From assembly GCF_018350175.1 (NCBI RefSeq), contig NC_058377.1, forward strand, positions 61,442,001-61,506,000: 64,000 bases of DNA. The letters run 5' to 3'. The stretch is from Felis catus. Lineage: Eukaryota. How positions within the stretch are numbered: the first letter of the stretch is position 1; each line of letters opens with the position of its first letter. The notes beneath the pieces were generated by a model. The model did no database searches. It saw nothing but the letters and a program-made list of their open reading frames with translations, and was not told where the DNA came from. Below are positions 49,706 through 62,914 of this stretch, piece after piece. The position numbers were made by a program, and so were the translations under genes.

Positions 49706-50254
49706 TGTTGAGAAGGAAAATTTTACTCTACCCTTCAAGGTTCTTCTAAATTAGTCTAATTTAGAATCTGTCTACATTGGCATGAGACAGATTAACAGGA
49801 GAAAAAAACAAAATTTAATTAATGCACACAGAGGTCCATAGTAAAATTAAGACCAAAGGAAATGACCAAGACATGAAGTTTTTATACATTTTAGACAAAG
49901 AAACATCCATCTGTGAGGAATTGACGGGACAAAGAAAACTTATGCTCAGGAGCTTCCATTAGTAAAGAATTCTAAATGTGGACTAGAATTTGGGCTGGGG
50001 TAATAAATCTGTAAAAATATCAAGATTTATTTACATAGGCTACTTTGGCCCTGAATTCCCTATCTCTGATGATAAGGATGTCTCCTTACCTCTTGGTGCA
50101 GAGAAGGTACCTTTCACATGGGAGATGTGCTTCCTGCTTTCTGGAGACAAAGAGTCAGTAGTCTTGCACTGGCTGTTTCTTAAATAAGTTTAATTCAGCA
50201 TAATCTTTATGGTATTGTGGCATACTTTGGGGCAGCTTTCCCTAGGTCCCTACA
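49706..50254 (-). mobile_element. Solo LTR, ERV1 class (MER34/MER39-related)
   Basis: Minus strand reads TGTAGGGACC...GCTGCCCCAAAGTATGCCAC...CTTCTCAACA; 4-bp TSD agtt/aggt. Confidence 0.78.
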
Positions 50255-50629
50255 AGGTCATTCACACCTCTTCTACATATGTTTAAGCAAAAGTGCCTAG
50301 AAAGCCTGTTCTGTCTCACCTAATAGAATGCAGGATTGGTAGAATAGATTACACAGTTTAATGTAAAAGATTTGGTGAACAGTGACTGAATCAGCTATCA
50401 TATCTCTACATAGCCTATGATGTACCCCCAATTCTATATAGTTTACAATACTCATGAGAATTGCCAATTGACTTTAATCTTGGTGTCAGTGTACATGAAA
50501 TTTTAAAGACAGATCAACCTCTTTATCTTTAAGGTAGGATGCGAAGGCACATATATATTAAGTAAACATCTGCACCTAAACTGGGGATAGAATTATGGTT
50601 GTGAGAATCTTTTTAATGTATATCCCATT

Positions 50630-50845
50630 TTTTAAATAATGTTTGTATTTATTTTTGAGATAGAGTGAGAGATAGCATTGAGTGGGGGAAGGGCAGAGAG
50701 AGAGAGGGAGACACAGAATCCAAAACAGGCTCCAGGCTCAAAGCTGTCAGCACAGAGCCTGACGCGGGGCTCAAACTCTCAACCATGAGATCATGACCTG
50801 AGCCGAAGTCAGATGCTCATCCAACTGAGCCACCCAGGTACTCCT
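50630..50845 (-). mobile_element. CanSINE
   Basis: TSD tgtatat(c/t)ccattt. Confidence 0.92.
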
Positions 50846-51736
50846 GTATATTCCATTTCTATGTCTCACCCTCTTCATGGATAAAATTAGGAAATTCAAG
50901 TCAATAACAAAATGCAGATATTGTTATTTTTTGTTGTTTCTTGCTTTTTAAAAAACCTTGGCCTCCTCCCAAATTAAAAATCAAAAAAAAAAAAAAAAGA
51001 ATCCCATAGTATCAGTCTCAAGATTTTTTTTTAAATTTCTTTAAATATTGTCACCTCATCACAGCTATATCAAGCCATGACTGGGACAGCAGAGTTATTA
51101 GCAGAGACTAATTACAGTTAGGCTACAGAGATGGGAGGAAGCATATTGTTGCACATACACCTTCAGGTGTATGAAGTTCCATCATCGATATTCTCACAAA
51201 CAGAGAAAAAATCAATTTTGAAAACTAACGTTTGGTTTGTTACCTTTAATTTATCTTTTAGTGTTTTATTAAAAAAGTGATATGCTTTTTAGATTAAAAG
51301 ATATCACATTTATGTTTGTTACTCTTGCCTTTGAGAACTGTCACTGCGTAAAGCCCACACATCTCTATATCTCAGTCTATCTAAACATCTCTGTCCATGT
51401 CAGATTACTTTACCCTGATGGCTCCTTTCTGTTAGGCTCTCTGTAACGGTACTTTATTTCAGAATGCCTGCCTCTCCTATCAGTCCTATTTCTCTATGTG
51501 TAGCTCATTTCTGAAAGAAACTTCTGGCCAAACATTGGTAATTGATCTGTTCTAGTTATAGTGGGAAATAACAGACCTTATTTCTCCTCTTTGTTAGGGG
51601 GAATTTGAGAAAAAGGATGGAGAGGAAACTTCACATTATTATATTAAATATAATCAATATTATAATATTGATTGATGATGAAAATATAAGTGATCCCCAG
51701 TATATATGCATTAAGGTTTACATTAAACAAAATTTT

Positions 51737-51915
51737 GGGGGGCACATAGGTGACCTAGTTGGTTAAGCATCCAACTTTGACTCAGGTTATGAGCCCCTGG
51801 TTCAAGAGTTCGAGCCCCATATCAGGGTCTCTGCTGTCAGCTCAGAGCTCACTTTGGATTTTCTGTCTTCTCTCTGTCCCTCCCCCCCACAAAAAAAAAC
51901 AAAAATAATTTTTTT
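51737..51915 (+). mobile_element. CanSINE (older, short tail)
   Basis: ggggcacataggtgacctagttggttaagcatcc head. Confidence 0.85.
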
Positions 51916-52319
51916 AATTTTTATGCATATTAAAAGTCAGATTTTGGAGTAAGAATAATTTGAGTTGTCCAAGGGCAATAATATTATCCCCCTTAACATG
52001 ACAATAAAATGGGTTTGGTGAACTTTACATTTTGCGTAAGTTGAGCTTTTATTTTTCCCTATGAATATGTCTAAGAAAAGAAGTTTTCCTATAGTCTTCT
52101 ATAAAATTTCAGTGTCTTAACTCTAAAAACTGAGCAGAAATATGATAGACTATAATTACCCCAAGTGAATAATAGTGAAAAGGAAAAAGTTTCAATAAGT
52201 GTTTCATAAGGTCAGAGTTAAAATTCCGTGCTTACATATTTATACTGTATTTTATTAAGTTGTACCTAAAATGATAACAGAATTAGAAGTTAGCTATTAA
52301 TGCATTATATTTGTGTATG

Positions 52320-52380
52320 TGGATATATATCAACATATGTATGTTTGCATTTATATATATATATGTGTGTGTGTGTATAT
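52320..52380. repeat. (TA)/(TG) microsatellite
   Basis: Dinucleotide runs. Confidence 0.85.
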
Positions 52381-52381
52381 T

Positions 52382-53310
52382 CAGGTGATACTTAGTATTT
52401 ACAGATTCTGTATTTGGGAATTCATCTACTTGTTCAAATATATTTGAAACCCCAGAATCAATGCCCCCAGTGTTGTCACCATTAGTGGACATATGCCAGG
52501 CAGCAAAAAATTTGAGTTGCCTAACACACATGTCCTCAGCTGAGGTTGAACAGGCTTAAGCTCTGCCTTCTTGTTTCATCTCTAGTACGAATAAATGAGT
52601 ATACATTTTTGTGGTCTATTTAATGCTCTATTTTACTCCTTTTTGTTGGTGGTGGTGATGGTGAAAATGGCCCTCAAGCATCCTACTGAAGTGCATCCAG
52701 TGTTCCTAAACCCAAGGCTGTGATCCATTTTACGGAGGTGACAGTGTGTCAGGTAAGCTCCCTGTAGGCAGAAGTTATAGTTGCCTGTGAGCTCAATGTT
52801 AATGAATCAAAAATACTGAACATCCAGAAAAAGGAAGAGGAGTTTTACCAACCTGTGCATGAGGTTGCTCCTCCAATTTCTAGGGCAACGTCTAGAGTGT
52901 GTGATGAAACTATGGAGAGAATGGAAAGTTGACTAAGTTTGTGAATTCATGGTATCATGATCAATTAAATAAAATGTAGTGGATGGCACTGTTGCAAGTG
53001 TGAAATCCAAAGGAATCTACAGATCCGTTATCCAAGGTCAGAAAGGGTGAAATCCTTCTTGGTTAATGTTTATTACAGGGAAATGCCACATGAAATGTAT
53101 TATTTGTAAGAAATGTGTATTGAATGTGTTTGATATATATTAAAATGTGTCTTTAAATTGAAACACACACACAGATTACGTATTAAATGGTTATTGAAAA
53201 TGTGATCAGAGCTCAAAGCAACTTGATGCTTGTGTTTGTCCTAAAGAGAAATGGTTCAGAACTCAGTGACTTTACAGAACATAACTGCAGCAAATAATAA
53301 AAATAGACCG
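52382..53310. mobile_element. TcMar-Tigger DNA transposon (Tigger6/MER82-like)
   Basis: cagctgaggttgaacagg...aaaatggccctcaagc...caatgttaatgaatcaa; degenerate terminal inverted repeats, TA flank. Confidence 0.7.
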
Positions 53311-54199
53311 TATATATATTTATACTGTAATTCTATGTTTATTAATATATACACCAAAATTGCTTACACAGCTATGAAAATACATACATGCATGCAAAGG
53401 TTCATTACATCATTAATATGCTTCAAAAATATTCATTTAGAGAGAAATATTAATTGAATTGTAGTACTTCTATAACATTCAACGTCATTGGCATTTTAAA
53501 AATAGAAAAAGCCCAAAAGTTGTGATTTTAAAAGTTATCTGTGTTATTCATAAGTAGCTGAAAAACTATGCAGAAAAATATTCTTGATATAACCTAATTT
53601 TTATTTAAAATAATTCTACATATATTCTAGTATAAAAAAGCCTGAATATCATACTTACTAACTAACTCTAATGAGAGAGTAGGGATAAAGGACGAAAAAA
53701 AACATTTTAAATTGTTTGAGTTTTATACAATTAATGGTATTGTTTCAATTTAAAACATATATGTTTATCCAAGGAGAGAACTATAGGGATTTTTCATGGG
53801 GCATGGCATAATTTTAACTTGTCCACTAAATTTTCATACACGTAGGCATCACAAACAATTTTGTTTATATTAAAAGCCATACATAAATTTTGTGATTGGC
53901 AAAGTTTTCTAAGCATACCAAAAAAGGTATTAAAAAGGGAAAAATAAGGTAAGTAAAACATATTTTGTGTAAAATAAAATCTAAATTATTATTCAGCTCA
54001 AGAGGAGCAAGAAGGAGAATCTAAAGGCAACATTTCACTCGATGAACAAGTAAATAAAGTACGTAAAAAGAAATTAAAATGCATCAGAGACATCCTGAAG
54101 AAATAGAATTTCAGAGAGGAGCCTTTCCGAGGACAGAGAGAGCTCTTTCTGAAGCCACATCTGCCAAGAGCCATCTGCTATGTCTGGTCAAAAAGGACG

Positions 54200-55540
54200 A
54201 TTCTCCTGGCATACAGCCAGTTTTGAGGGTCAGAAAACAAATTTTTGCAATTCTGGCAGAGCCTAAAAGAAAAAAGTAGAAAACCAAAGGGTCTCTCTCC
54301 AGGTGACAGTGGAGGAACAGAGACCTGAGACTGGCAATGTGTTAGGTTTCAGACAAGATATTTGCTAAACTCGGAAACTGCATGGGCCTGGAAAGCCAAA
54401 AGAGTGGGCGGGGAACACTTGAACAAGACAGAGTTGTTTTCGGTACTCTTGTCTTCCTTGGCGCACAAAGATTACAGTGCAAGGTGTGGATTGCACCCTA
54501 GCTCACAGTTGAAAGCCTGAACAGGTCAAGCCTTAGGTGCAAAAGTGAAACCAGCTAATACAGTGGTACAACCAGCTTCCACTCAGTCCAAATTTTGATT
54601 AGGTCAAGGTAAAGATCCTATATGGGGCTTACCACAGAGCAAGATGTGCATTATCCCTGGAAGAAAATATCACTTTACCTGGCTTTCATGATTTTTATAT
54701 ATAATGTCAAACACCCAGTGAGAAACTGGTAGACATGGCAAGAGACAAGAACATGAGTTCTTGAACAAGGAGAAAAACAGTAGAAACGGACCCCTCCACA
54801 GCTGTATTTATTGTAAATAGCAGTCAAGGATTTTTAAGGTAACAATGCTTAATATGTGCAAGGAAATAGAAGAACCAATGATAAATAATTTATTAATCCT
54901 TAAAAATGAAGAGTTGAAGAATTTTACCAGAAAATTAGAATATACCAGAAATTTAAATTAAAATAAAGAGAGAGAGAGAATGAATCAGATGCACATTAGA
55001 AAATGCTAAAGCACAGGAGTTAAACCTGATAATTCAGGAAAGCTGAATCAGAGAGCAGAAGACAGGATTACTGAGCTATATGAGAGGTTAGTAGAAAATA
55101 ACAAACATGAGACTTTAGTGCCTTATTAGGGAAAGGAAGTGTTTCACGGTGATAAAAAGGTCAATCAACAAGGAAGATCTCTTTAAAATCTTCATGCATC
55201 AATAAATGGAAGTGCCTACCTACCCATAGCTTAAAAGTACACAAATCAAAGACATCAGCAGCTGTAACAAGGGAAAGAGACTAATCCACATTCATAATGG
55301 AACATTTTAATGCTCTTCTATCAAACACTGAAAACACAAGCAATAAATCTGAGGATAGAATCACATAAAATTAATAAACTTGATCACACACACATATATA
55401 AATACAGATATATGGATAGATATAGATCCATAAATATGGGAATAGATATAGGTACAAGTAACACTTCGATCAACAGGTACAGGTGAACAAAAAGTGACAG
55501 ATTGGGTCATACATAAAGTTTTAATTTGTATGTTTACATT
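54200..55540 (+). mobile_element. Old L1M 5'/ORF1 and EN-region fragments
   Basis: A-rich ORF1-like text (aacaatgcttaatatgtgcaaggaaatagaagaa) and EN-like aaggtcaatcaacaaggaagat. Confidence 0.5.
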
Positions 55541-56989
55541 AATTTTAGTGTTATATTAACAACTGTTTGAAAACAGTGGCTCAGTATTTCAGCTCAAGCG
55601 CAAGAAGAATGATGCAGATTCTCACAAGGAAAATGAAGATAAGCATGATAACCAGCATAATCTCTACTGAGTACCTACCAGTTCCCAAACCCCATGTGAA
55701 GGGACTTACGTAAACGTATCCATTAAATTACAGTGACAATCATGTCTCTAGTTCCCAATAAATGTATGTTATTCTTCCTTATTTATACTTTAGGCAGCTG
55801 AATGTGTGAAAGTAAATTGTACTCCAACGCCTGTAGTTAGGAACTGGCAAAATAAGAGTTTCGAACAAGGTCATTTTGACTCCAGAACTCAGTCACGTAA
55901 CCAACTTCTTCAGCAATTGTTTCTCTACCAAATTGAAATCTGCTTTTTGTATAAGATATTCTTGACAAATATTTGACTACCTGCCCTCATTTATGATGGA
56001 CTTGCAAAATGCAGTTTCTCTATGAAATACTATTAGTATATGAGCATCTTAATGCAGAATAAAATGTACTTTGCTTTATAAAAAGAAAAACATACTTTGG
56101 AAAACAAATATCGTGAGAATCCTAGCCTCCAGAATTTCTGTCCAGGTTTTTTAGGCCAAAGGGTTACTGTTGATTGAATCGGGAAAATAATTGAAAAGAG
56201 GTTTAGAATAACGTTGTCTGTAATCTAAATCTAAAACTTGTCTTCACGTTACTGAAAAAATAAATCACCAAATGCCAGAGCATATCTCACGTTGCTTTTA
56301 TTCAAGTGAGAAATTAAATGAACACTTAAAAACAATAAAAATAAGCCAAGGTGTAAGCATGGCTTTAGTCCTAGATTTGTTGGAGCAAACATATTTGATG
56401 TCATGAGAAGCACCAAGTTGATTATAGCATGAATTACTTGATGAGGATAGGCTTTGTGAAGAAGGAGATATTTATAGATACTTATTTCAAACAAAGTTCA
56501 GGTTATATATAAGGAAGAGATATTCAAGGGATAAATTTTTACTGGACAAAGTAAACACTAAAGAAGATTTTAGAATAGTTGGAGAAAGAATGTAGTGGGA
56601 CTTGTATATTATATAAAAGAATCTGATCTTGGAGCTCTAAGTACAAAAGAATCAGTATGTTCCACTACAACCTGCAGAAGGATCTTTGATTTGTCTATTC
56701 CACACAGACCAACTTCAGGTGGTAAGGAAAATCATGCATTCTGACTTTTCCTATAGCCAAGCATTTAGTTTTCCAGTATCTCATCTGATCTTCTATTTGC
56801 CTCAATTTCTTCTAATTTCCTTGTAACTCCAAGTCAATATCCTATGGGATTTTTAACACAATCATTTATATGCTTATTAATTTATTCATAAAACATGATG
56901 ATACTCCAAACTATTGACTGGACTTTCAGATCATATGGGCCCATTAGGTGAGCCATTAAATCCATAGGAGGAAATATTTCCATCAAACG

Positions 56990-57940
56990 TCATGCCTGGT
57001 CTTTGGAACACAACATCTTTACCGCCTTATCTCGAATGTGTTTGGTCTTCACCCCATATACAAAGGGATTGAGGAAAGGTGGAACCAGTAGGTAAAGGTT
57101 AGACAAGGTGATATGTACATATGATGGAATAGAAGATCCAGATCTGTGAGTGAAAAAGGAAAAAAAGGCAAGGAGATAGAATTGGAAGAAGATACATATG
57201 TGGGGAATACATGTGTTAAGGGCCTTAAGACGTGCCCCTTTCTGGGACAGGTGAAAGACAGTGATACATATTTGTACATAGGAGAGGGTGATTAAAAGGA
57301 AGTCCAGGCCACCAACAATAAAAGCTCCAAGGAGACCATAGAATTTACTGATGGAAACGTCTTCAGTGGCAAGCTTCACAAGGGCCATGTGTTCACAGTA
57401 AGTGTGGGATATTAACTTGGTTCGGTAAAGTTTCAGACGACACTTTATGAGCAAGAGGCATGGGATTACCAAAAAGGCAGGCCGCAAAGTCACCCCAATT
57501 CCAATATGTGTGACCAGTTGTCGAGTGAATATGATAGCATGCCTCAGTGGATAACAGATTGCTACATAGCGGTCCAGAGCCATAGCCAAAAGGACTCCCG
57601 ATTCAATACCTTGAAATGTGTGGATAAGCCACATCTGAAAGAGGCAAGCATCAAAATAGATCTCTGGCAAGTGGAACCAAAAAATTCCAAGCATCTTGGG
57701 GACAATGCTGGTGCTAAGTACAATGTCTGTGGCTCCCAACATGGCCAGAAAGAAATACATAGGTTCATGGAGACTGGGTTCAGATTTGATGATGATCAAA
57801 AGCAGAGAATTTCCCACCAAAGCAATGATGTACATAACACAGAATGGAATCCCAATCCAACACTGAATAGTTTCCAGACCAGGGATCCCAATGAAAGTCA
57901 GCACAGAGGGTATGAACATGGTGCCATTTGCAATAGGCAT
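56990..57940 (-). CDS. OR52A4: Olfactory receptor, class I, OR52A4-like, 316 aa, open frame
   Basis: PIANGTMF, VTLRPAFLVIPCLLLIKCRLKLYRTKLI, GAFIVGGLDF resemble human OR52A4P as I recall it; full OR motif set; minus-strand AATAAA at 56881-56886. Confidence 0.88.
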   Translation of the reverse strand: MPIANGTMFIPSVLTFIGIPGLETIQCWIGIPFCVMYIIALVGNSLLLIIIKSEPSLHEPMYFFLAMLGATDIVLSTSIVPKMLGIFWFHLPEIYFDACLFQMWLIHTFQGIESGVLLAMALDRYVAICYPLRHAIIFTRQLVTHIGIGVTLRPAFLVIPCLLLIKCRLKLYRTKLISHTYCEHMALVKLATEDVSISKFYGLLGAFIVGGLDFLLITLSYVQICITVFHLSQKGARLKALNTCIPHICIFFQFYLLAFFSFFTHRSGSSIPSYVHITLSNLYLLVPPFLNPFVYGVKTKHIRDKAVKMLCSKDQA

Positions 57941-59119
57941 GGTTATTCAGAGGTCTCCTTAGCAAAGGGGAAAAGTTTGCCAAACTATGATGCTGTGTTC
58001 TCTGATATGTTGTTTGCATCCAGTCACAGAATTACTGAATGACAAAAATAGGAGAAACAACTACATCAGCTTATTTATCATTTTTAAATGAATGAGAAAA
58101 TTTCGAAGGAAAGGTTCACTCAGCAACATCATCCACCCATGAGCAGTGATATCCACAATGTGAAAACTGAGTATTTGCACACCATGCCTATGATGGGGTC
58201 AACGTGATCAGGCTGCTTAGTGGTGTTCTCCTTCCTCCCCCACTCCATCTTCGATTCCTTCTAACCTTGTCGCGGAAATTAGAAAAAAAAATTGAAATGA
58301 TAACTTGAGACAGAGAAACATCAAAATACGTGTGCCTTGAGCCTGACTTTTCTCTTGTTTTCTCTCTCCTCTCATTCCTTCATTCACTTTAGACTAGCAA
58401 AGCTGGGTATTTCTGCAGAACATACCAGCACTTCTTTGATTGCAGGTCTGTTTCTAAGGCTGTGACTCCGTTAATAAAATGACCTCTCCTCACCTTAAGC
58501 TTCCTTGTCACTGAAGAATTTGTCAATATGACATTGCTGTGGAACTCAGACTCCATCCAGACAGACATTGGCAGCTGCATAACTTTCAGTGGCAATTCTG
58601 ATTCAGGACACAAGTGTTAAATATGAACCCTGTAGTTAGATAAGCACCCACAGCTCTTCACACTCTTCCTTCCACATATTAGAGAGGAAGAACAGTTTCA
58701 CTATATAAATAAAATTAAAAGGGTTAAAGATTACCTGCTGTAAAAGAGAAACCTTGGCTGTCTCACCATGACAGCAATGTGCAAGATGCTGAGGTGATGT
58801 GAGGTAAGGTTGAGCGAACAAGTTTGGGAGCCCAGGTGTCCATATGGAGGCAATGTTGGCAGACACAATCCTTGTATATAAATTGGGGCTGCTTACCATT
58901 GAAGGGAAGAGAAAGTTCTAATATTTTACCTTCCACAGAAGCTGACACAAGACAAATATGAGGGGGGTGGGGCTCTTTGAGAATTATCCCAGAGATTCCA
59001 AGGGAAATGATTGACAAACACATAGGTACATTCAGGTGGCAGTGCCTTGAGAGGCAGCAGAGACAGAAAGAGAAGCCTCCAAAACAGAATTCTCATTGCA
59101 GTAGAAAGACTGTTGCTGG

Positions 59120-59468
59120 AATATGGCCCTTTGTAGCAACGTGGATGGAACTGGAGAGTGTGATGCTAAGTGAAATAAGCCATACAGAGAAAGACAGATA
59201 CCATATATTTTCACTCTTATGTGGATCCTGAGAAACTTAACAGAAACCCATGGGGGAGGGGAAGGAAAAAAAAAGAGGTTAGAGTGGGAGAGAGCCAAAT
59301 CATAAGAGACTGTTAAAAACTGAGAACAAACTGAGGGTTGATGGGGGGTGGGAGGGAGGGGAGGGTGGGTGATGGGCATTGAGGAGGGCACCTTTTGGGA
59401 TGAGCACTGGGCGTTGTATGGAAACCAATTTGACAATAAATTTCATTTTTGAAAAAAAAAAAAAAGAA
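59120..59468 (+). mobile_element. Young 5'-truncated felid L1 3' end with G-rich tract and A tail
   Basis: Perfect 17-bp TSD agaaagactgttgctgg 59103-59119 / 59469-59485. Confidence 0.95.
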
Positions 59469-62029
59469 AGAAAGACTGTTGCTGGGAACACTTCACACTT
59501 CCCAGTGACTGTATACCAGCAACGACCCATAGCTCAGTTGTGGGGCTGACAGGATTATGTGTGGATGAATTTTATTGTTTTAAAGTGTGAGCAGAAAGGT
59601 TGCTTCAGCGATTAGTTTCCTCAATCTAAATCAGGCAACTAATTGCCTGACTTAGACAATGACTTGCATAAATTGTCGCCTCCACACATAATCTGAGTTC
59701 TTCCCTGGTCCCCAACAACCCTAATTTCTCCTCAGAAATTTTAAACTTGGAATGATTTAGAGATTATTCTACTACATCACCCCCTGAAAACCAGGGGGGT
59801 CCTGGCAGCTGACGATATGTGTGCTGAGGCCTTTTCATGCCCGTCTATCTACTGTGCAACGCTCACTTTCAGAAAGACCTCCTCATATGGGAGAAACTCA
59901 TTCCCTATGACCACTGTCCCCCATTATATCTTCAGACAGTACAACATTCAAATAACTCATGACCCGCTCTCCTTCTAGTAAAACATCTGTTGGTCTAGCC
60001 ATCTTGTCTGGTAGCATGATGCTAACTTCCTCCACCTCCCAATTTCCTCGAGCAGATTCTCATTTTTATCATGACTGTTCTTGTATTGTGGTTCCTAAAA
60101 CTTCAAAGTCATTCTCTATCAAAAACATATTTGCACTCTCTACTTTCATGGTTTGTAGTGTTGCAAGTGGAGTCTAGATTCATTGACTGTACTTGTACTC
60201 ATACTTCAAGACGTGTAATTTCATCCCCAGTTAAGCTCGTACTCATTCCTAACTACCCACTTACTCAGTATCCAGAAGCAGCAGTGGGAAGTGACTGGAG
60301 CAAGAGAAGTTGCTCTTTGCTGGTCCCAGCAGTGGAATATTTGTGTTTTCTACCATAATTTTCCCTGATGACCAAACTTCATAAGCTTCTTGCAAATACT
60401 AAGATATTTTTTACTCCCCATGGTAAAGGAGGAGGAGAACAGCTGCCATTTCTCAAGACTAACTTCTTAGTCAAGTCCCAGGAGATGGATCTATTTAGTG
60501 CAGCCAGGAGAGGGCAATGTTGAAGTATCTTCTTTTGGTCAAACAAACAGTGCACTTGTGTTTCAAACTACCAGAGATTGGGATTCCTTGTGCTCACCTG
60601 GATGGCAGATAAATGGAACACAAAATGGGGACTGCTTAGCACAGGACTCCACTTCTTGCCTGAGCGGAGTGGCCAGCTTTACCCATGGTTTTTGAGGAAA
60701 GGAAATTGGAAACAAAAGAAAGTATAGCCTCCTCTTATTTATTTCACTTATTTACTCTTGGCCATCCCATGGAGATTCAAAGGATTTCCAGACTCAGTTC
60801 AGTGATCCCAGGGAGGATAGTGTTTGGAATTTGCAGCGAGGAAGTTTGGAAGCTGTAAGGAGCTTATTGTATAGTAAACTCTCTTGTTCATCTGTCTGAT
60901 TCCTGGGCTGTGCCATTTTTGTGTTCATCTCTAACTGAAAGCAATCCCTTCTTGCTCTCATTTCAAGCCTTTTGGAGTAAGTCCCTCATTCCTTGCATCA
61001 TAGATCAGTCATATGTCAGTGTGACATATATCTCAACCCATGCGCTGGTACATGTGGTCACCTGTTACCCTGGCATCTGCATCTAATTATCTGGAACCCT
61101 CAGTTAAAGGGAATCTCAAACTTTGGAGTGAAGCAGCTCCTCAGTGACTGCATGCAGCACCACTTTGGGGTCACATCTTCTTTATCCTAACTTCAGAAGG
61201 TGATATATTCCCAAACGTGCAGCATGGGACAAGTGTGGTCTGGGAACAGGACTAAAAGGCACCCAAAATACCAAACAGATCCATGTGAGGACTGGGAGCA
61301 TACCTGAAATCAGTTGGACCAGGCTACTGTGCTTCACATGGAAGTTCTCCCAATAAATGGACTGGGGTTCGTTCAACAAAGAGGGCAGGAGGGATAGCAT
61401 TGTGCTCTGAAAAACCATCTCTAGGGATAGCAAAAGGAGATTTAGATACCACTAAAATATAGGGCTCTCATGTCCTGAGAGGATCAGATACATATCATTA
61501 TTACCTTTGCTTGGAGTCTGAACCATGTGCTAACTGGTGCAGACATTCCTGCACCAATTCCAATTAGAAATGAAATGAAATTCATTTCCAACTAGAAATG
61601 AAATGCCAGAGGCAAAATGTACATGACATAATCCTGGCAGGTCATTTGAGCAGCATGTGGTGAGCCAACTTTGGGAAGGAAACAGCTTTGCCCCTTCTTA
61701 GCCAGGACCCAAATTCGGCCTATTTGTGCTTCTGGACACTTACTTTAACTCTTCTGAGCCTCATTTCCATCATCTGCAAAATAAGAATAGAATCACAGCT
61801 CTTAAGTGACTTCGGGTGTGAACTATGGAACTTGGCACCACCCTTGCCCTGCCAGGCACACACCACCTGATGCTCCAGGGAGCTGAGCTGGTCTCCCCTC
61901 AGCCTTTCTCTCCTTCCCTCCCCAGATGAATTTGGAGCTGGTCAGCAGTCAGCTGTTTTCCTCTAAATCAAAATATGCACATGTTATGTTTGTTGTTATA
62001 ATTGTATGTGTCAATTAAATATTAGATAA

Positions 62030-62340
62030 ACAACAAAAAGGAAAATCAGTCAGTATAACTCCCCATGTAAACAAAATAAAGAAGTCATGATATCATTTCA
62101 ATAGCTGCAGAAAAAGCACATTAAAATAGTGAATATGCATGCAAAATAAAACCCTCCTCAAAATAGGAATAATAGAGAACTCATTAAACTTAAATGTATC
62201 CATGAAATACCTATAGTTCATACTGTATTGAAGACCGTTAAACTAAAATTTCTCCATTAGATTGAGACACATGCCAGGGTGCCCACTGTCAATAGCTTTA
62301 TTCAGCATTGTACACAAAGTCCTAATCATAACGATATTAT
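62030..62340 (+). mobile_element. Old L1 ORF2 (RT region) fragment
   Basis: catgatatcatttcaatagctgcagaaaaagca resembles HMIISIDAEKA. Confidence 0.6.
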
Positions 62341-62914
62341 CATCGTATTCTATTAGTTTTTATTTCTTTTTCAGAAATATCACATAGTTATCCTCTTTCT
62401 TTATCCTTTTTGTATATAATCTCTCAAAAATTCATATATTTGTCATTTTATCCTCTTTGAGGGATAACGTCCTCATCAATTATTCCACAATAATTCCACA
62501 ATAATGCCATAATAGGATGCAATTTCCTGAAATACCTAATGCTCTAATACAGGATTAAAATGAGTTACTTAAGTGTTTATTATGGCATTAAGCATCTCTT
62601 TTTGCCTGTCTGATGTGAACAAGTGTGTTTTATTCCTTCTGTCATGGTATTTGCCATTTCTTATTTTATATATTTCATGTTTACATAAATTTTATTAAAC
62701 ATTAAGAATATAATGACTCACACTTATTTGATTCAACATGAATTTCCAAGAATATCCTCTACCTTTGCCTGTTGAATGCTAATGTACCATCCAGTTTTTG
62801 TAATTGTATGTTTTTTGAGTTATTTCTTCATTTGACTTTGTATAAGTCTGTAATTGGAGATTGAGAAGTTCTCTCTCTCTACTCATTTCTTTTGTTTTCT
62901 TTTCTTTTCTTGCC

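Noticed and set aside
57506-58042. 178-aa plus-strand ORF, and similar ORFs at 4689-4979, 13235-13477, 25448-25690 and 49016-49276
   Set aside because: Antisense or shifted shadows of OR coding sequence with no independent coding signal
59500-61950. Repeat-poor stretch upstream of OR52A4-like as a hidden gene or ERV interior
   Set aside because: Only short ORFs without recognisable motifs; I could not support a call without a homology search
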